Below the pieces are notes generated by a model, which was given only the letters and a program-made list of their open reading frames with translations, did no database searches and was not told where the DNA came from. This document shows positions 9,517 to 18,557 of a DNA stretch of 18,927 nucleotides, in pieces (the stretch's first letter is position 1; each line of letters starts with the position of its first letter). A program made the position numbers and the translations under genes. Source of the DNA: a virus (Duplodnaviria > Heunggongvirae > Uroviricota > Caudoviricetes); the IMG/VR virus record IMGVR_UViG_2872152978_000012, one strand, 5' to 3'.

Positions 9517-9914
9517 CGCTTCAGTTCCTGTATCAGCAGAGTCAGGAGCTTTTCGCTGACATTGCCATTGAAGCGGAGCGTCCCGTGCCGGAACGTTACC
9601 TCACAGCTGATACTGAGGGTTTCCGGATCCTCTGCGAGCGATTCTGGCTGTTCGGCAGCTGCATCGAGAGTCACAGGAAGTAGCTGGGGGCTCTCTGAAG
9701 AAGGTAATAGCAGCTTTCCCTCGCGCCATTGTTGTCGCCATTTGAACAACAGATTGGCGCTAATGCCATTTTCAAGAGCAAGTTTTGAGATGGATATCCC
9801 GGGTTCACAGGAGGCAGCAACGAGCTGCTGTTTAAATTCGGGAGGATAATTAGGGCAGCCTTTTCGCCTGCCGGGATTCACATTTTTCTGCATATCTGAC
9901 ACTTTGGTTCCCAC
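9513..9914 (-). CDS. IS66-family OrfA (TnpA), copy 2
   Basis: 133 aa, one substitution relative to copy 1 (N to S). Confidence 0.8.
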   Translation of the reverse strand: MGTKVSDMQKNVNPGRRKGCPNYPPEFKQQLVAASCEPGISISKLALENGISANLLFKWRQQWREGKLLLPSSESPQLLPVTLDAAAEQPESLAEDPETLSISCEVTFRHGTLRFNGNVSEKLLTLLIQELKR

Positions 9915-10043
9915 TACTTATTTGGTGGACACCACTTTGTCTAATTCGTCAGATTCTGACCAGACGGTTCAGGCTGTACGCTGATATGACTTTCCGTGTC
10001 AAACCGGAATCTCTAATTTTGACGATTTTCTTTTTAGGTTTAA

Positions 10044-10230
10044 TTCCCTGAGGGCGACGTAGCAGTAAATCCGACGGTGAATCACGCTGATATTCGCGGG
10101 TTGGATACCGCATTACAGAGGTCCGTCATATGAGCCTGCCACTTTCTTACGTCGCGAATCAGCTTTGTTCCGCCGTCGCCAAGCGCTAACGTGGGTTACT
10201 CTTGTACCGGGCTACGTCGCCTTCAGGGAA
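10044..10230. repeat. 20-bp near-perfect inverted repeat flanking a 147-bp segment, in the 3' flank of the IS110-family transposase
   Basis: ttccctgagggcgacgtagc at 10044-10063 matches the reverse complement of 10211-10230 (gctacgtcgccttcagggaa) at 19 of 20 positions. Confidence 0.6.
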
Positions 10231-10247
10231 CTGGTTATTCTCATTTT

Positions 10248-11375
10248 TTATTTGTGATATTGTGGTTGTTGTGCGACAGACATTGCTATTCGGCCCATAT
10301 CCCAGATAAAACCCGCCAGCTCACGTGCAACAGCAACAATTGTAATATTGACATTCTTTCCTTTGGCCTGAAGTTTTCGATACCTCTTACAAAGCCTGAG
10401 TTGAGCATCCCATGCTCTGTCAATGACGGGGCGGGGTAAATTTTCCTGCCTTTTTTGTATTGCCGGACTGATGCGTGCCGGATGACGGTAACTCCACGCT
10501 GCCTCGACCAATAGCTTTCTGGCATAGCTGTTTCCGGCTTTGGTAATGCTGCCCTGATGTCTGCTTCCACCCGATGAATATTCTGATGGCGTGATACCAA
10601 ACCATGACATCAGTTGTCGTGGATGTTCAAAACGGGTCAGATCACCCAGTTCAGAAATTAATCCAACCGCAGTAATAAACTGAATCCCTCGCATGGCTTG
10701 CAGCGCCTCTACTACCGGATACAGCCTCCATTCGGTAACGGCCTCCTTCAGGGCGGATTCCAGCCGTTCACATTGTGCCTGCCGGTCTTCTATTGTACGA
10801 CGGTGTTCGTCAAAAGCTAATTGTCGCCAGGGACTTTCGAATGAGTATTTGCTGAGCCAGCGTCGGTGTGCAGGGCCCCAATCTGCTCGCCCGACATAAT
10901 GGACCCCATGAACCAGAAGAAACGATTTCAGACGTTGCCTTGCATGCCGTAAATCATCGCGGGCAGATGCCCATGCCCGGGCCAAATCCCGGAATGCCTC
11001 ATCTTCAATGCCGGGTACGTAGACAGCAGAAAGATCTCCTGCACGCAGTGAACGCACAAGTCTGATGGCATCACGGCGATCGGTTTTAACCCGCTCCCCC
11101 GGTTTTTTCGGGATAAGTGAGGGGGCGCAGACCATGCAGTCAAAACCGGATTTCACCAGCCGACGATAAAGTCCATAACCACAGGGCCCCGCTTCATAAA
11201 CGATACTGACCTGCGATGACTTTGACCTGAGACGTTTACAAAGATTCTGAATATCAGTAGGTGATGTGCCAATTTTACCCATCAGTTCAACAGGTTCTGA
11301 ATTGATAGCATAAGCGACAGTAATCGATTCTTTGTGAACATCTAACCCGACGTACAATGTGTTATTGTTGTTCAT
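10248..11375 (-). CDS. IS110-family transposase (DEDD RuvC-like domain plus C-terminal Tnp domain), 375 aa
   Basis: MNNNNTLYVGLDVHKESITVAY... is a typical DEDD N-terminus. The C-terminal region has the family pattern ...SGGSRHQGSITKAGNSYARKLLVEAAWSY.... The start is taken at ATG 11375, which has a GGAGG ribosome-binding site; the longer ORF-track start at 11423 is probably not used. Confidence 0.85.
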   Translation of the reverse strand: MNNNNTLYVGLDVHKESITVAYAINSEPVELMGKIGTSPTDIQNLCKRLRSKSSQVSIVYEAGPCGYGLYRRLVKSGFDCMVCAPSLIPKKPGERVKTDRRDAIRLVRSLRAGDLSAVYVPGIEDEAFRDLARAWASARDDLRHARQRLKSFLLVHGVHYVGRADWGPAHRRWLSKYSFESPWRQLAFDEHRRTIEDRQAQCERLESALKEAVTEWRLYPVVEALQAMRGIQFITAVGLISELGDLTRFEHPRQLMSWFGITPSEYSSGGSRHQGSITKAGNSYARKLLVEAAWSYRHPARISPAIQKRQENLPRPVIDRAWDAQLRLCKRYRKLQAKGKNVNITIVAVARELAGFIWDMGRIAMSVAQQPQYHK

Positions 11376-11649
11376 GCTGGCCTCCGTGGTGGAAATACCG
11401 GGGTGTAGCAACAGCTCACCCATGCGGCTCTGACAACGATGTTAACCCGCGTTAAATATCCCACGTTGGCCAGCATCTGTCTCACGGAAAGTCATACTGC
11501 CTTACTGTTATCCGGTCGATAAAGTTATTCACCATGATAATAACGAAATCCCGGCAGGTCTTTAAAACAGTTCCGTAATAAATATCCGGTTTCATTCTTA
11601 TATGCCAGCAATGGCAGGGGTTCGCTCAACCTTAATTAAGGAGAAAAAC

Positions 11650-11847
11650 ATGATTACCAGTTATGAAGCCACTGTTGTAACTACTGATGACATTGTTCAC
11701 GAGGTTAATCTGGAAGGAAAGCGTATTGGCTACGTGATTAAGACAGAAAATAAAGAAACCCCATTCACTGTGGTTGATATCGACGGTCCATCAGGCAACG
11801 TTAAAACACTTAACGATGGTGTAAAAAAATGTGTCTGGTGCACATAG
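11650..11847 (+). CDS. small hypothetical protein (65 aa) with C-terminal CxxC, first gene of the phage early-region remnant
   Basis: Strong ribosome-binding site (AAGGAG, 7 nt before ATG 11650). Product MITSYEATVVTTDDIVHEVNLEGKRIGYVIKTENKETPFTVVDIDGPSGNVKTLNDGVKKCVWCT. The upstream Met at 11602 is probably not used. Function unknown. Confidence 0.5.
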   Translation: MITSYEATVVTTDDIVHEVNLEGKRIGYVIKTENKETPFTVVDIDGPSGNVKTLNDGVKKCVWCT

Positions 11848-11923
11848 GAAAGAATCTGCCCGCAGAAAAAAAAGCCGAATTTCTGGCAACTCTGATTGCA
11901 ATGAAATTAAAAGGTGAAATCTG

Positions 11924-11953
11924 AAAAAAAGAAAGCCTGCACACTGTGCAGGC
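11924..11953 (-). terminator. palindromic hairpin (gcctgcaca-c-tgtgcaggc) followed by a T-run on the minus strand
   Basis: 19-bp perfect palindrome at 11935-11953. The plus-strand A-run 11924-11934 gives TTTCTTTTTTT after the stem on the minus strand. There is no U-run after the stem on the plus strand. Confidence 0.4.
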
Positions 11954-12023
11954 CTGAGTGAAGAACCTGGGACATTTATTCATCACTCGCAGTAATTTTA
12001 ATCTGAGTTGAGGTTAAAAAACA

Positions 12024-13964
12024 ATGAACACCGATAAACAAGTTTACCCACTGTATTACGAAGCAAAAAATGACAAAGTAAGAAAACGTCTCGGTATTAA
12101 AGGCGGTTTTTACTGGGCTGAAGCGAAAAAATTATCCATTGCCATCTCCCGTGGTGCTGTTGCGATTGACGATGCTGGATACGATGAAGATGACTTCAAA
12201 AAACCTGTTCGCGTCAATTTGCCCGTTGTTGATGACCTCCCACCAGAAGGCGTGTTTGATACGGAATTCTGCAACCGTTACGAAAAAGGCGGGGAAGATG
12301 GCATCACAATGGTATTTATCGCGCCCTCACCCTCTGCGCAGGACAAACCAGCCAGCACTGACAATACCAATGTTAATGGCGAAGACATGACGGAGATTGA
12401 GGAGAATATGCTACTCCCGATTTCTGGTCAGGAGCTGCCCATTCGCTGGCTTGCTCAACACGGCAGCGAAAAACCGGTAACGCACGTTTCACGCGACGAA
12501 CTCCAGGCATTACACATTGCACGGGCTGAGGAACTACCAGCTGTTACTGCCCTGGCTGTTTCGCATAAAACCAGCCTGCTCGACCCGCTGGAAATTCGCG
12601 ATCTCCACAAACTCGTGCGTGATACTGACAAAGTTTTCCCTAATCCTGGCAATTCAAATCTGGGACTGATGACTGCTTTTTTCGAAGCATATCTGGATGC
12701 CAACTACACCGATCGCGGTCTGCTGACAAAAGAGTGGATGAAAGGAAATCGTGTTTCACGCATCACGCGCACGGCTTCCGGTGCGAATGCTGGCGGCGGG
12801 AACCTCACCGATCGCGGCGAAGGTTTCGTCCACGATCTGACGTCGCTGGCGCGCGACGTAGCCACTGGCGTACTGGCCCGTTCAATGGACGTGGATATTT
12901 ATAACCTTCATCCGGCACACGCTAAACGCATTGAGGAAATTATCGCTGAAAATAAACCACCCTTTTCTGTTTTCCGCGACAAATTCATCACCATGCCTGG
13001 CGGGATGGATTATTCCCGCGCCATCGTGGTTGCGTCAGTGAAAGAAGCACCGATTGGTATCGAGGTCATCCCCGCGCACGTCACTGAATATCTGAACAAG
13101 GTACTGACTGAAACCGATCATGCCAACCCTGATCCGGAAATCGTGGATATTGCCTGCGGTCGCTCCTCTGCCCCGATGCCGCAACGTGTAACAGAAGAAG
13201 GAAAACAGGATGATGAAGAAAAACCGCAACCATCTTGCGCAATGGCAGATGAACAGGCAACGGCTGAAACAGTGGAACCGGATGCAACTGAACATCATCA
13301 GGACACGCAGCCGCTGGATGCTCAGTCACAGGTAAATGCTGTTGATGCGAAATATCAGAAACTGCGGACAGAACTCCATGAAGCCCGGAAAAACATTCCG
13401 CCCAAAAATCCTGTCGATGCAGACAAATTACTGGCTGCCTCTCGCGGAGAATTTGTTGAAGGGATTAGCGACCCGAATGATTCGAAATGGATTCCCGGTC
13501 ATCATATCTCCTCAAATGAAGTCAAAAAAACGGAAAATGAAGTGCGACAGACTGAAGATAAACAGCACCAGAACAGCGAACCGGAGGAGGGAACACCCTG
13601 CAATCAGACTGGCGAGGATAACTGCCCTGACTGTGGCGCGGTGATGGGAGACGCAACTTATCAGGAAACTTTTGACGAAAAAAAACCAGATGAAGCACAG
13701 GAAGAAGAGCCGAAGAAAACGGAAAAAGCTGATGATTTGTTGCCGGAGAACGCTGGCAGCGATCAGCATAATGATAGCAATAATGAAACTGGCGAAGATG
13801 AACTCAACTGGAAAAAACAGGTGTTGATTGCGGCGGTTTACGGTTTATGTGCGAATCCTGCGTGCATAGCCTATGCGCCTGCAATCCCTGGCATCGCAAT
13901 GATGATTGCCAACAAGCTTGAAAATTTTGGAGTGACCAGTGATGAGCGCTTACCCGATTTTTGA
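12024..13964 (+). CDS. RecE (exodeoxyribonuclease VIII)-like protein, N-terminal region and acidic linker only; no recognisable C-terminal nuclease domain; hydrophobic C-terminal tail
   Basis: Ribosome-binding site GAGGT about 8 nt upstream. From about residue 60, long stretches match my recollection of the Rac RecE N-terminal region (for example [69 protein letters not shown]). It diverges after ...SNNETGED, where RecE would continue into its nuclease domain; here it ends in a 45-aa hydrophobic segment. Similarity is from memory, not from a search. Confidence 0.5.
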   Translation: MNTDKQVYPLYYEAKNDKVRKRLGIKGGFYWAEAKKLSIAISRGAVAIDDAGYDEDDFKKPVRVNLPVVDDLPPEGVFDTEFCNRYEKGGEDGITMVFIAPSPSAQDKPASTDNTNVNGEDMTEIEENMLLPISGQELPIRWLAQHGSEKPVTHVSRDELQALHIARAEELPAVTALAVSHKTSLLDPLEIRDLHKLVRDTDKVFPNPGNSNLGLMTAFFEAYLDANYTDRGLLTKEWMKGNRVSRITRTASGANAGGGNLTDRGEGFVHDLTSLARDVATGVLARSMDVDIYNLHPAHAKRIEEIIAENKPPFSVFRDKFITMPGGMDYSRAIVVASVKEAPIGIEVIPAHVTEYLNKVLTETDHANPDPEIVDIACGRSSAPMPQRVTEEGKQDDEEKPQPSCAMADEQATAETVEPDATEHHQDTQPLDAQSQVNAVDAKYQKLRTELHEARKNIPPKNPVDADKLLAASRGEFVEGISDPNDSKWIPGHHISSNEVKKTENEVRQTEDKQHQNSEPEEGTPCNQTGEDNCPDCGAVMGDATYQETFDEKKPDEAQEEEPKKTEKADDLLPENAGSDQHNDSNNETGEDELNWKKQVLIAAVYGLCANPACIAYAPAIPGIAMMIANKLENFGVTSDERLPDF

Positions 13965-14238
13965 TCGTATTGAAGAAATGGCATGGGCTCGTCACTACCA
14001 GCAGATCGTTCGTGAAGAAAAAGAAACGGAACTGGCGGACGACCTGGAAAAAGGTCTGCCTCAGCACCTGTTTGAATCGCTCTGCATCGACCATTTGCAA
14101 CGCCACGGTGCCAATAAACAGGCAATCAGCCACGCATTTGATGATGATGTTGAGTTTCAGGAGCGCATGGCAGAACACATCCGGTACATGGCTGAAACCA
14201 TTGCCCACCACCAGGTTGATATTGATTTGGAGGACTAA
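13942..14238 (+). CDS. gam: Gam host-nuclease (RecBCD) inhibitor, short GamS-like form (98 aa)
   Basis: [98 protein letters not shown] aligns closely with lambda GamS (...[43 protein letters not shown]...[29 protein letters not shown]). Ribosome-binding site GGAG. The start overlaps the upstream stop by 23 bp. Upstream in-frame stops rule out a long GamL form. Confidence 0.8.
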   Translation: MSAYPIFDRIEEMAWARHYQQIVREEKETELADDLEKGLPQHLFESLCIDHLQRHGANKQAISHAFDDDVEFQERMAEHIRYMAETIAHHQVDIDLED

Positions 14239-14288
14239 AATCTATGGCGCTTTTTCAACGAGCAATAAACACACAGGCCTATCTAAAA

Positions 14289-14712
14289 GCAGGAATTATG
14301 AGGTAGCCTGAGTTTAACAGACACTCCTTCCTGAAATAGAATGGCATCAGAAGGAGCTAATAATGAGCAGAAAAAACCAACGTTACTCTAAAGAGTTCAA
14401 AGCCGAAGCTGTCAGAACGGTTCTTGAAAATCAACTTTCGATCAGTGAAGGCGCTTCCCGATTATCCCTTCCTGAAGGCACTTTAGGACAATGGGTTACC
14501 GCCGCCAGAAAAGGGCTCGGTACTCCTGGTTCCCGCACGGTGGCTGAACTGGAATCTGAAATTCTGCAACTGCGTAAGGCGTTAAATGAAGCTCGCCTTG
14601 AGCGAGATATATTAAAAAAAGCAACAGCGTATTTTGCACAGGAGTCGCTGAAAAATACGCGTTAATCGAACAATGGCGACAACAATTTCCCATTGAAGCG
14701 ATGTGTCAGGTA
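14289..14712 (+). mobile_element. IS600 (IS3 family), copy 1, 5' fragment (left end, orfA, first 4 codons of orfB)
   Basis: Left inverted repeat TGAGGTAGCCTGAGTTTAAC... at 14289. Sequence is identical to copy 2 up to atgtgtcaggta, then replaced at 14713 by the IS911 right end. Confidence 0.8.
14363..14665 (+). CDS. IS600 OrfA (IS3-family transposase N-terminal HTH protein)
   Basis: 100 aa, MSRKNQRYSKEFKAEAVRTVLENQLSISEGASRLSL...; identical to the second copy at 17299-17601. Confidence 0.85.
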   Translation: MSRKNQRYSKEFKAEAVRTVLENQLSISEGASRLSLPEGTLGQWVTAARKGLGTPGSRTVAELESEILQLRKALNEARLERDILKKATAYFAQESLKNTR

Positions 14713-14720
14713 TGAAGTGG

Positions 14721-15889
<1,169 letters not shown>

Positions 15890-15991
15890 TGGAGCACCTG
15901 TGTTGTTCTGAGGTGAGCATATCACCTCTGTTCAGGTGGCCAAATTCAGTGTGCCACTTCATTTCAAGAAGAGATGCAGTAGCGCAGGCAA

Positions 15992-16410
15992 TTGAAGCAA
16001 ATCATTATATATACAAAAACTACTCTCCTGCTGCCTTCCTTAATTGAAAAACTTAAAGGGTTCGACTCATTTACTATGGCAAACTGGATTGAACGTTACA
16101 AAACGATTCTTATAAGGAGAAAAGTGTCCAGAAATACTTATAAAATTCGGGCAAATCAACTGAAGACAATAAAAGAAAAATTGGGAGAGATTTTACTGAC
16201 AGAAATAACCACTCGCCATATTGCCGAGTTTCTTGATTTGTGGATTGAAGGAGGGAAAAACACAATGGCAGGATCAATGCGTTCTGTGTTGTCTGATATG
16301 TTTCGCGAGGCCATTGTTGAAGGACGTATATCTCAAAATCCAGTCACGCCAACAAGAGCACCGAAAATAGTAGTTACAAGAGAACGACTGAAACTAAAGA
16401 CTGAGGTGTA
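15992..16410 (+). pseudogene. int: lambda-type tyrosine integrase, N-terminal/core-binding fragment (arm-binding domain missing; interrupted by IS600 at 16410/16411)
   Basis: ...ANWIERYKTILIRRKVSRNTYKIRANQLKTIKEKLG...SMRSVLSDMFREAIVEGRISQNPV... parallels lambda Int residues of about 60-175. The frame is closed upstream next to the IS911 end, so the roughly 35-60 N-terminal arm-binding codons are absent. Confidence 0.7.
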
Positions 16411-16444
16411 CTGGCAATAGCGGACACTACCATTTGTTCTTTTT

Positions 16445-17263
16445 TTAAGCAGCCATCTGATGATATTTTTCCCTGAAGGCTGCCGGGGAGATATTCCCCA
16501 GACGAGAGTGACGACGCTGACGATTGTAGAAAATCTCAATGTATTCCCGTATTACTGAGATGGCTTCATCCCGGTTATTAAAACGATAGTGGCTCAGGCT
16601 CTCATTTTTCAGCGTTCCCCAGAAGCTTTCCATCGGAGCGTTGTCGTAACAGTTACCTTTACGCGACATTGATGTTTTCAGACCAGACTGCTCCTGTATG
16701 ACCCGGTAATCGTATGCGCAGTACTGTGAACCTCGATCAGAGTGGTGGATTAGCCCGGCAGGTGGGCGCTGGCTCCTGAGCGCCATAAACAGGGCTTTAC
16801 CTGTCAGCTCTTTTGTCATGCGCTCTCCCATGGCGTAGCCGACAATTTCGCACGTATAAACATCTTTGATGCCAGCGAGGTACAACCATCCCTCCTGTGT
16901 GGCAACATACGTCAGGTCCGCCACCCAGACCTGATTTGGTGCTGTAGGAGCGAACGTCTGGTTCAGCAGATTTGGCGCAACTGGCAGATTGTGGTTCGGG
17001 TTCGTAGTCGCTCTGAACTTGCGTTTCTGCTTACAGCGTAGCCTTAGCTCCTTACGAAGACATGCCAGTCGGTCACGACCAACGATGATGCCATTCTCTG
17101 CCAGCTCCGTCTGGAGCCGCCGGGTTCCATATGTTTCGCGAGTGCGGATATGTGCCACCTTAATCTCCAGTTTTAGCCGCTCATCACTTTGTTTTCTGTC
17201 TGAGGGTTCATGCTGTACCCAGTTGTAATAACCGCTCCTGGATACACCAAATACCTGACACAT
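16445..17263 (-). CDS. IS600 OrfB (DDE integrase-core transposase domain)
   Basis: ...HHSDRGSQYCAYDYRV...MSRKGNCYDNAPMESFWGTLKNE... is a DDE core with the IS3-family C-terminal motif. Confidence 0.85.
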   Translation of the reverse strand: MCQVFGVSRSGYYNWVQHEPSDRKQSDERLKLEIKVAHIRTRETYGTRRLQTELAENGIIVGRDRLACLRKELRLRCKQKRKFRATTNPNHNLPVAPNLLNQTFAPTAPNQVWVADLTYVATQEGWLYLAGIKDVYTCEIVGYAMGERMTKELTGKALFMALRSQRPPAGLIHHSDRGSQYCAYDYRVIQEQSGLKTSMSRKGNCYDNAPMESFWGTLKNESLSHYRFNNRDEAISVIREYIEIFYNRQRRHSRLGNISPAAFREKYHQMAA

Positions 17264-17298
17264 CGCTTCAATGGGAAATTGTTGTCGCCATTGTTCGA

Positions 17299-17601
17299 TT
17301 AACGCGTATTTTTCAGCGACTCCTGTGCAAAATACGCTGTTGCTTTTTTTAATATATCTCGCTCAAGGCGAGCTTCATTTAACGCCTTACGCAGTTGCAG
17401 AATTTCAGATTCCAGTTCAGCTACCGTGCGGGAACCAGGAGTACCGAGCCCTTTTCTGGCGGCGGTAACCCATTGTCCTAAAGTGCCTTCAGGAAGGGAT
17501 AATCGGGAAGCGCCTTCACTGATCGAAAGTTGATTTTCAAGAACCGTTCTGACAGCTTCGGCTTTGAACTCTTTAGAGTAACGTTGGTTTTTTCTGCTCA
17601 T
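17299..17601 (-). CDS. IS600 OrfA
   Basis: Identical to the 100-aa product at 14363-14665. Confidence 0.85.
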   Translation of the reverse strand: MSRKNQRYSKEFKAEAVRTVLENQLSISEGASRLSLPEGTLGQWVTAARKGLGTPGSRTVAELESEILQLRKALNEARLERDILKKATAYFAQESLKNTR

Positions 17602-17664
17602 TATTAGCTCCTTCTGATGCCATTCTATTTCAGGAAGGAGTGTCCGTTAAACTCAGGCTACCTC

Positions 17665-18194
17665 AGACATACAACTGCATCAGGGAGGCAGCAGATCAAC
17701 TTCCGGCATGGTTCCCATTAGCTATGGATTTAGCCCTTGTAACAGGACAACGTCGCGAAGACATAACGAATATGCGGTTCAGTGATATTTATGATGATCG
17801 TCTCCACATCAGGCAAATTAAGACAGGAATGATGATTGCTATCCCCCTGTCACTCAGCCTTCCTGTCGCTGGTTTACGACTTGGTGCAGTAGTTGAACAG
17901 TGCCGCATGGTAAGTAGGGGGGATTATCTAATCAGTGCCGGGATTAGAAAAAACAGCCCTGACGGCAGCATTCACCCGGACGGCCTGACAAAGAAATTTG
18001 TCGCAGCCAGAAAATTAACAGGTATCCAGTTCAGTGAAAACCCACCAACTTTTCACGAAGTCAGAAGCCTGGCTGGACGATTGTACAAAGAAACATGTGG
18101 AGAAGAATTTGCTCAGCGTCTACTTGGCCACACATCGGAGAAGACAACAAAAATGTATCTTGATGAGAGAGAAAAAACGTACTTACTGCTCTGA
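17665..18194 (+). pseudogene. int: lambda-type tyrosine integrase, C-terminal catalytic fragment
   Basis: LAMDLALVTGQRREDI (catalytic Arg), PPTFHEVRSLAGRLY (H-x-x-R), LLGHTSEKTTKMYLDE (His and Tyr nucleophile) closely parallel lambda Int. After removing IS600 and one copy of the GAC repeat the reading frame is continuous with the N-terminal fragment. Confidence 0.8.
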
Positions 18195-18241
18195 TTTTAA
18201 CGTAAATGGATTGTTAAATGTATTTTGGTTGTGATATAACC

Positions 18242-18291
18242 AAAAAAGACCGGAATACAGAAATTCGAGTAAATTTCGGGGAATTTCGGGG
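18242..18291. repeat. integrase-proximal repeats: core-like half-site plus tandem AATTTCGGGG repeats; putative arm-type Int/accessory-factor sites
   Basis: aaaaaagaccggaatacag (18242-18260) resembles the att core. aaattcgag, aaatttcgggg and aatttcgggg occur in tandem at 18261-18291. Confidence 0.4.
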
Positions 18292-18325
18292 AGACATTTG
18301 CAACTAATTGATTTCAAATGCAATT

Positions 18326-18359
18326 AAAAAAAGACCGAATACGATTCCTGTATTCGGTC
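18326..18359. repeat. attR: right copy of the 34-bp imperfect direct repeat; overlaps the SdsR terminator
   Basis: See attL. The right arm (tacgattcctgtattcggtcc) matches the bacterial SdsR 3' hairpin. Confidence 0.6.
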
Positions 18360-18427
18360 CAGAGAAATGGCTCTTGGAGAGAGCCGTGCGCTAAAAGTTG
18401 GCATTAATGCAGGCTTAGTTGCCTTGC
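18326..18427 (-). ncRNA. sdsR: SdsR (RyeB) small regulatory RNA, about 102 nt
   Basis: The minus strand reads gcaaggcaactaagcctgcattaatgccaacttttagcgcacggctctctccaagagccatttctctggaccgaatacaggaatcgtattcggtc plus a U-run, which matches my recollection of enterobacterial SdsR, including the 3' terminator hairpin. It lies between pphA and yebY as in E. coli. Confidence 0.75.
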
Positions 18428-18515
18428 CCTTTAAGAATAGATGACGACGCCAAGTTTTCCAGTTTGCGTGCAAAATGGTCAATAAAAAGCGTGGTGGTCA
18501 TCAGCTGAAATGTTA

Positions 18516-18557
18516 AAAACCGCCCGTTCTGGTGAAAGAACTGAGGCGGTTTTTTTA
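18516..18557. terminator. bidirectional intrinsic terminator between yebY and sdsR/ryeA
   Basis: aaaaaccgcc-cgttctggtgaaagaactga-ggcggttttttt: a GC stem flanked by an A-run on one side and a T-run on the other, 30 bp past the yebY stop. Confidence 0.55.

Larger units (their letters stand above)
8366..9983 (-). mobile_element. IS66-family element, copy 2 (inverted, partial: left end, orfA, orfB and 5' 756 bp of tnpC)
   Basis: About 99% identical to 5351-6949 in inverted orientation. It is truncated inside tnpC at 8365/8366 by the left end of the second IS66 element. The outer left repeat lacks its first 3 bp (GTA) at 9983. Confidence 0.85.
9984..11640 (-). mobile_element. IS110-family insertion sequence (boundaries approximate)
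   Basis: Contains a DEDD-type transposase gene with about 264 bp of non-coding flank on the 3' side and about 250 bp on the 5' side. No terminal inverted repeats, as is usual for this family. Exact ends cannot be set without a reference copy. Confidence 0.5.
16411..17664 (-). mobile_element. IS600 (IS3 family), copy 2, complete, inserted in the integrase gene
   Basis: Inverted repeats TGAGGTAGCCTGAG... (reverse complement at 17664) and TGAGGTGTACTGGCAATAGCGGACACTACC (16411). Flanked by a 3-bp direct repeat GAC (16408-16410 and 17665-17667). Confidence 0.85.
18310..18557 (+). ncRNA. ryeA: RyeA (SraC) antisense sRNA overlapping sdsR (extent approximate; 5' end probably within island-derived DNA)
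   Basis: In E. coli RyeA is encoded opposite SdsR and is longer than SdsR. A plus-strand terminator is present at 18516-18557. The start coordinate is a guess; no promoter was identified. Confidence 0.3.

Noticed and set aside
5484-9849. Mirror-image ORF pairs (5484-5771/9562-9849, 5972-6241/9092-9361, 6222-6497/8836-9111, 6238-6429/8904-9095)
   Set aside because: They are duplicated only because the two IS66 copies are inverted repeats, and each is antisense or out of frame to the true IS66 genes. They are not independent conserved genes.
12024-14238. The 65-aa / 646-aa / 98-aa cluster as a novel anti-phage defence or toxin-immunity system with a membrane-anchored effector
   Set aside because: The 98-aa protein is clearly Gam-like and the 646-aa protein resembles the RecE N-terminal region, so this is a phage recombination-module remnant. 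There is no Walker A or other defence-type catalytic motif. Only the hydrophobic tail remains unexplained.
13035-14311. Minus-strand and alternative-frame ORFs over the RecE-like gene and gam (13035-13298, 13081-13329, 13512-13769, 13804-14211, 13871-14125, 13961-14311)
   Set aside because: They overlap better-supported genes. 13961-14311 is out of frame with gam and reads into the IS600 end.
18326-18427. A tRNA or tmRNA as the integration target at attR
   Set aside because: No cloverleaf-compatible sequence is present. The region matches the sRNA SdsR, whose terminator hairpin forms the att core.
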